Shown here: positions 61,102-64,000 of the stretch, piece by piece
Numbering within the stretch: the first letter of the stretch is position 1
Layout: every line of letters starts with the position of its first letter
Virus record (IMG/VR): IMGVR_UViG_3300005083_000004
Length of the DNA: 64,000 bases
From: an uncultured virus (IMG/VR IMGVR_UViG_3300005083_000004)
Lineage: Duplodnaviria; Heunggongvirae; Uroviricota; Caudoviricetes
Direction: 5' to 3' (one strand)
Notes under the pieces: model-generated
Database searches by the model: none
What the model saw: the letters and a program-made list of their open reading frames with translations, nothing else
Told to the model about the DNA's origin: nothing
Program-made: the position numbers and the translations under genes

Positions 61102-64000
61102 ATGGCTATTAATGTAAATGACAAATTTGTCAAACGTGATGATCTTTATCGAATTAATTCTGCAGCCAAGACATACACAAATAATATTACTGGTAATCCA
61201 GCCGATTTATTGACATTATCTAAGTCGACACTGGTCGGAAGCATTAATGAAAATAAAAATAATATTGATGCTTTATCTGCAAATACAACAGAAACTTTGA
61301 AAGATTATGTCAAAAAAGAAAATTTTGATGATGATGGTAAATATACCAAAAACATTACTATTGGTCAGGTATCAGGTTCACCTGTAACAATTAAAACTAC
61401 ACAACATGATGTCATTAATACACCTGGTACAGAAAGTTATAAAGATAATCGATTGACAAGCTCAAATAATTTGTTAACAATTAATTTGAAGACAACATTA
61501 AATCCATTAATTGATGATGTTGAATTTGGATTAGATTTATCTGGATATAGGACATCAGATGAACAAGATGTTATTGATGAGACATATCAACCATTAAATG
61601 CTACATTAACTTCATTAAGTGATGTAACAAGTGAAGGTGTTGTTGTAAAGAATGGACCAAAATCAATTGAAGCGCGGAAGATAGATATAGATGATGTTAA
61701 ACCTGATTCTCCATTGAATGCTGCTGACGCCGCATTTATTGGGAATGATGGTGCAATATCATTAGTAACTGGAAAACCGATTAAAGATGCTAGTAGTGGT
61801 GATCCGTTACTTCAAAACAATGGAACAGTAACTGTTGGTAATAGTAATCAATCTGCTATTATAACAAGTAAAGCAAATGGTGAAGGAAAACCTGGTATTT
61901 ATGCTGGGGTAAATGCAGAAGACAATCGTATTCCAACATTAGCAGAAGTTAATACATTAATTGAAACCGCCATTGTTGAAGATTCAGATTATGAAGGAAC
62001 ATACACTTATTTTACTCAAGAAGATACAGCTGCAGCTGCCCAAAATGGAATTACAAGTCAAAGTGTTCCATTGACTTATGGTAATGCAACAGGTATAGCA
62101 TTCGGATTTGATGATCGCAAGATCATGACTGCACAATATTCGACTACAACTGGAACTTGGAGTTCATGGACTGAAATAGTTGATGTATTTACAAATGGTT
62201 CATGGATTTATTTCCAAGATTATATTCATACAAATTTCCCTGAACAGCAATCAGGTAAAGCAGTTTGGACAAAATTGACATCTACGGATCCTGGTCAATT
62301 TGATGTAATTCCTGATAAGATTGTTCAACTTGAACATGTTGCCCCTAATGCATCAAGTAAAACAGATACAGGAACTGACTCTGCAATTCTTTATCAAGTA
62401 TTGGGATCAAGGGATGATCTTCTTACAATAGATAAAACAAATTTGGTTGCGGCTATAAATGAAGTCAATAATAATAATGCAACTCTCAATAATTATGTAA
62501 CAACAGAAGTTAATAGACTTGATGGTAGAATCGACACAGAAATTAGTGATAGAACAGCAAGTGATGAATCATTGAATGATCGAATTAACATTGAAATTAC
62601 AACAGTAAATGCTATTATTAATGCATTGGATAGTAAAGTTGAAGATTATAATGATGCAAGAGAAGCTGATATATCAATATTAGATGAAAGACTTGATGTT
62701 GTTGAAGATGATNNNNNNNNNNNNNNNNNNNNNNNNNNNNNNNNNNNNNNNNNNNNNNNNNNNNNNNNNNNNNNNNNNNNNNNNNNNNNNNNNNNNNNNN
62801 NNNNNNNNNNNNNNATAACAAAAGCAGAATCTGATATTGCCAATATTAATACTAAAAATTCTGAACAGGATGCAGAAATCGATACTAAAGTCGATCGTGC
62901 AAATTTTGATAAAAATGGTTGGTATGTTGATAAGGTAGTTCCGGCAGAAATTTCAACAGGTGGTGTCAAATTATCGGTTGAATCATCTAATGCATTAGAT
63001 GATCCTCAGAATGCAACTCATACAAAGAATTTTGATTTCCGTCTGAAGTCTACAAATAGTATTCTTGGAATTGCTCTTGATACATTAGCAGATAATCCGA
63101 ATGTTAATGATATCTTATTCACTGTTGATACAAGCAGTTATCGTACTGCTGCAGATCAAGATATTATTGATGCTACTAAACAGCCATTGAATAGTAAACT
63201 AACTGATATCTCTAATGCAGATGCAAATGGTGTATTGACTGTTAAAACAACTGGAATAGTTGAATCTAGAAAAATTAATATTAATGATATTGCAGCTGAT
63301 TCACCTCTTCAATATGCTGATAATGCATTTGCATCGAATGATGGTTCAATCCAACTTGTAACAGGTAAAGCAATCAAGGATGCTTCAAGTGGAACAGATA
63401 TTCTTTCATTGTCTGGCAGTGTTAAGATTGGTAATACATCGAATACAACAGTAATTACGCCAAATTTAACACCTGAAGGATTCGCTGCAATTTATGCTTC
63501 AACTGCAGATGAAGATCATCGTATTCCTGTGAAATCGGAAATCTCAAATATGATTGCGCAAGCTATTGTTAATGATACTGACTATCAAGGAACAGTAACA
63601 TATTTTGCTCAAGAAGAAATTGAAACTGATGCTAAAGCTAAAATTGAATCATTGACTAATGTAGTTCTCGGTTCAACTGCAATTATATTTGGTATAGATA
63701 ATCGGGTAGCTATTCTTGGTACCTATGTTGGTGCATGGAATTGGGTTGAGTTACCGGATCCATCTTCACAAATGACATTTACAAATGGGCATTGGATATA
63801 TTTTTCTGATTATATTAACGATGATTATCCTTTAACTCAAACAGGTAAAGCTGTATATACAGCAGTCGGAGCTTCTTCAGCAGCATTTGAAGTTATCCCT
63901 GATAAGATTGTTGAGCTTGAACACCATGAACCTGATGCAACATCATCGCAAGAAAAAGGAACAGATGCAAAAGTTCTTTATGAAGTATTGGGATTAAGAA
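61102..64000 (+). CDS. Second giant modular fibre protein, paralogue of 49370; runs off window, frame kept across N gap 62713-62814
   Basis: AAGGAG SD; MAINVNDKFVK...; contains EARKI..AF.GNDG.I.L, DYEGT.TYF.QE, NG.W.YF.DYI, PDKIV.LEH..P modules. Confidence 0.85.
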   Translation, partial: MAINVNDKFVKRDDLYRINSAAKTYTNNITGNPADLLTLSKSTLVGSINENKNNIDALSANTTETLKDYVKKENFDDDGKYTKNITIGQVSGSPVTIKTTQHDVINTPGTESYKDNRLTSSNNLLTINLKTTLNPLIDDVEFGLDLSGYRTSDEQDVIDETYQPLNATLTSLSDVTSEGVVVKNGPKSIEARKIDIDDVKPDSPLNAADAAFIGNDGAISLVTGKPIKDASSGDPLLQNNGTVTVGNSNQSAIITSKANGEGKPGIYAGVNAEDNRIPTLAEVNTLIETAIVEDSDYEGTYTYFTQEDTAAAAQNGITSQSVPLTYGNATGIAFGFDDRKIMTAQYSTTTGTWSSWTEIVDVFTNGSWIYFQDYIHTNFPEQQSGKAVWTKLTSTDPGQFDVIPDKIVQLEHVAPNASSKTDTGTDSAILYQVLGSRDDLLTIDKTNLVAAINEVNNNNATLNNYVTTEVNRLDGRIDTEISDRTASDESLNDRINIEITTVNAIINALDSKVEDYNDAREADISILDERLDVVEDDXXXXXXXXXXXXXXXXXXXXXXXXXXXXXXXXXXITKAESDIANINTKNSEQDAEIDTKVDRANFDKNGWYVDKVVPAEISTGGVKLSVESSNALDDPQNATHTKNFDFRLKSTNSILGIALDTLADNPNVNDILFTVDTSSYRTAADQDIIDATKQPLNSKLTDISNADANGVLTVKTTGIVESRKININDIAADSPLQYADNAFASNDGSIQLVTGKAIKDASSGTDILSLSGSVKIGNTSNTTVITPNLTPEGFAAIYASTADEDHRIPVKSEISNMIAQAIVNDTDYQGTVTYFAQEEIETDAKAKIESLTNVVLGSTAIIFGIDNRVAILGTYVGAWNWVELPDPSSQMTFTNGHWIYFSDYINDDYPLTQTGKAVYTAVGASSAAFEVIPDKIVELEHHEPDATSSQEKGTDAKVLYEVLGLR

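Noticed and set aside
1..64000. Stop-codon reassignment
   Set aside because: Conserved genes are intact in code 11; TAA, TGA and TAG all end genes
1..64000. tRNA, rRNA, CRISPR arrays, integrase or transposase
   Set aside because: None recognised by eye; tRNAscan-SE or Aragorn would be needed to exclude tRNAs

Overview
Very AT-rich, gene-dense segment of a jumbo phage of the phiKZ/AR9(PBS1)-related type, read in standard code 11. Strong AAGGAG Shine-Dalgarno sites, NrdD and a trigger-factor-like domain suggest an anaerobic, probably Firmicutes host (inference). It encodes split multisubunit RNA polymerase pieces (beta' N-terminal with DFDGD, beta' C-terminal, beta C-terminal), a GroEL-like chaperonin, GyrB, SbcC/SbcD, NAD-dependent ligase, an SF2 helicase, NrdD, a DNA amino-methyltransferase-like protein, a kinase, baseplate-type proteins and two very large modular fibre paralogues. 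One of these (61102 to the window end) is missing from the ORF track. Main observations: (1) an orphan ~260-nt highly structured ncRNA at 18148-18406, with its own promoter and terminator and two hairpins capped by an identical K-loop-like sequence; (2) a family-B polymerase subunit apparently broken into two genes ~28 kb apart, the motif-A piece sitting next to a homing-endonuclease-like gene; (3) a start-less -1 frame extension after a slippery G-GTT-TTT in a tail/baseplate assembly gene; (4) an RNAP beta fragment fused to a pseudo-transglutaminase domain; (5) two classes of recurring promoter motif and a shared structured 5' leader. All functional calls come from motif recognition by eye; no searches were run.
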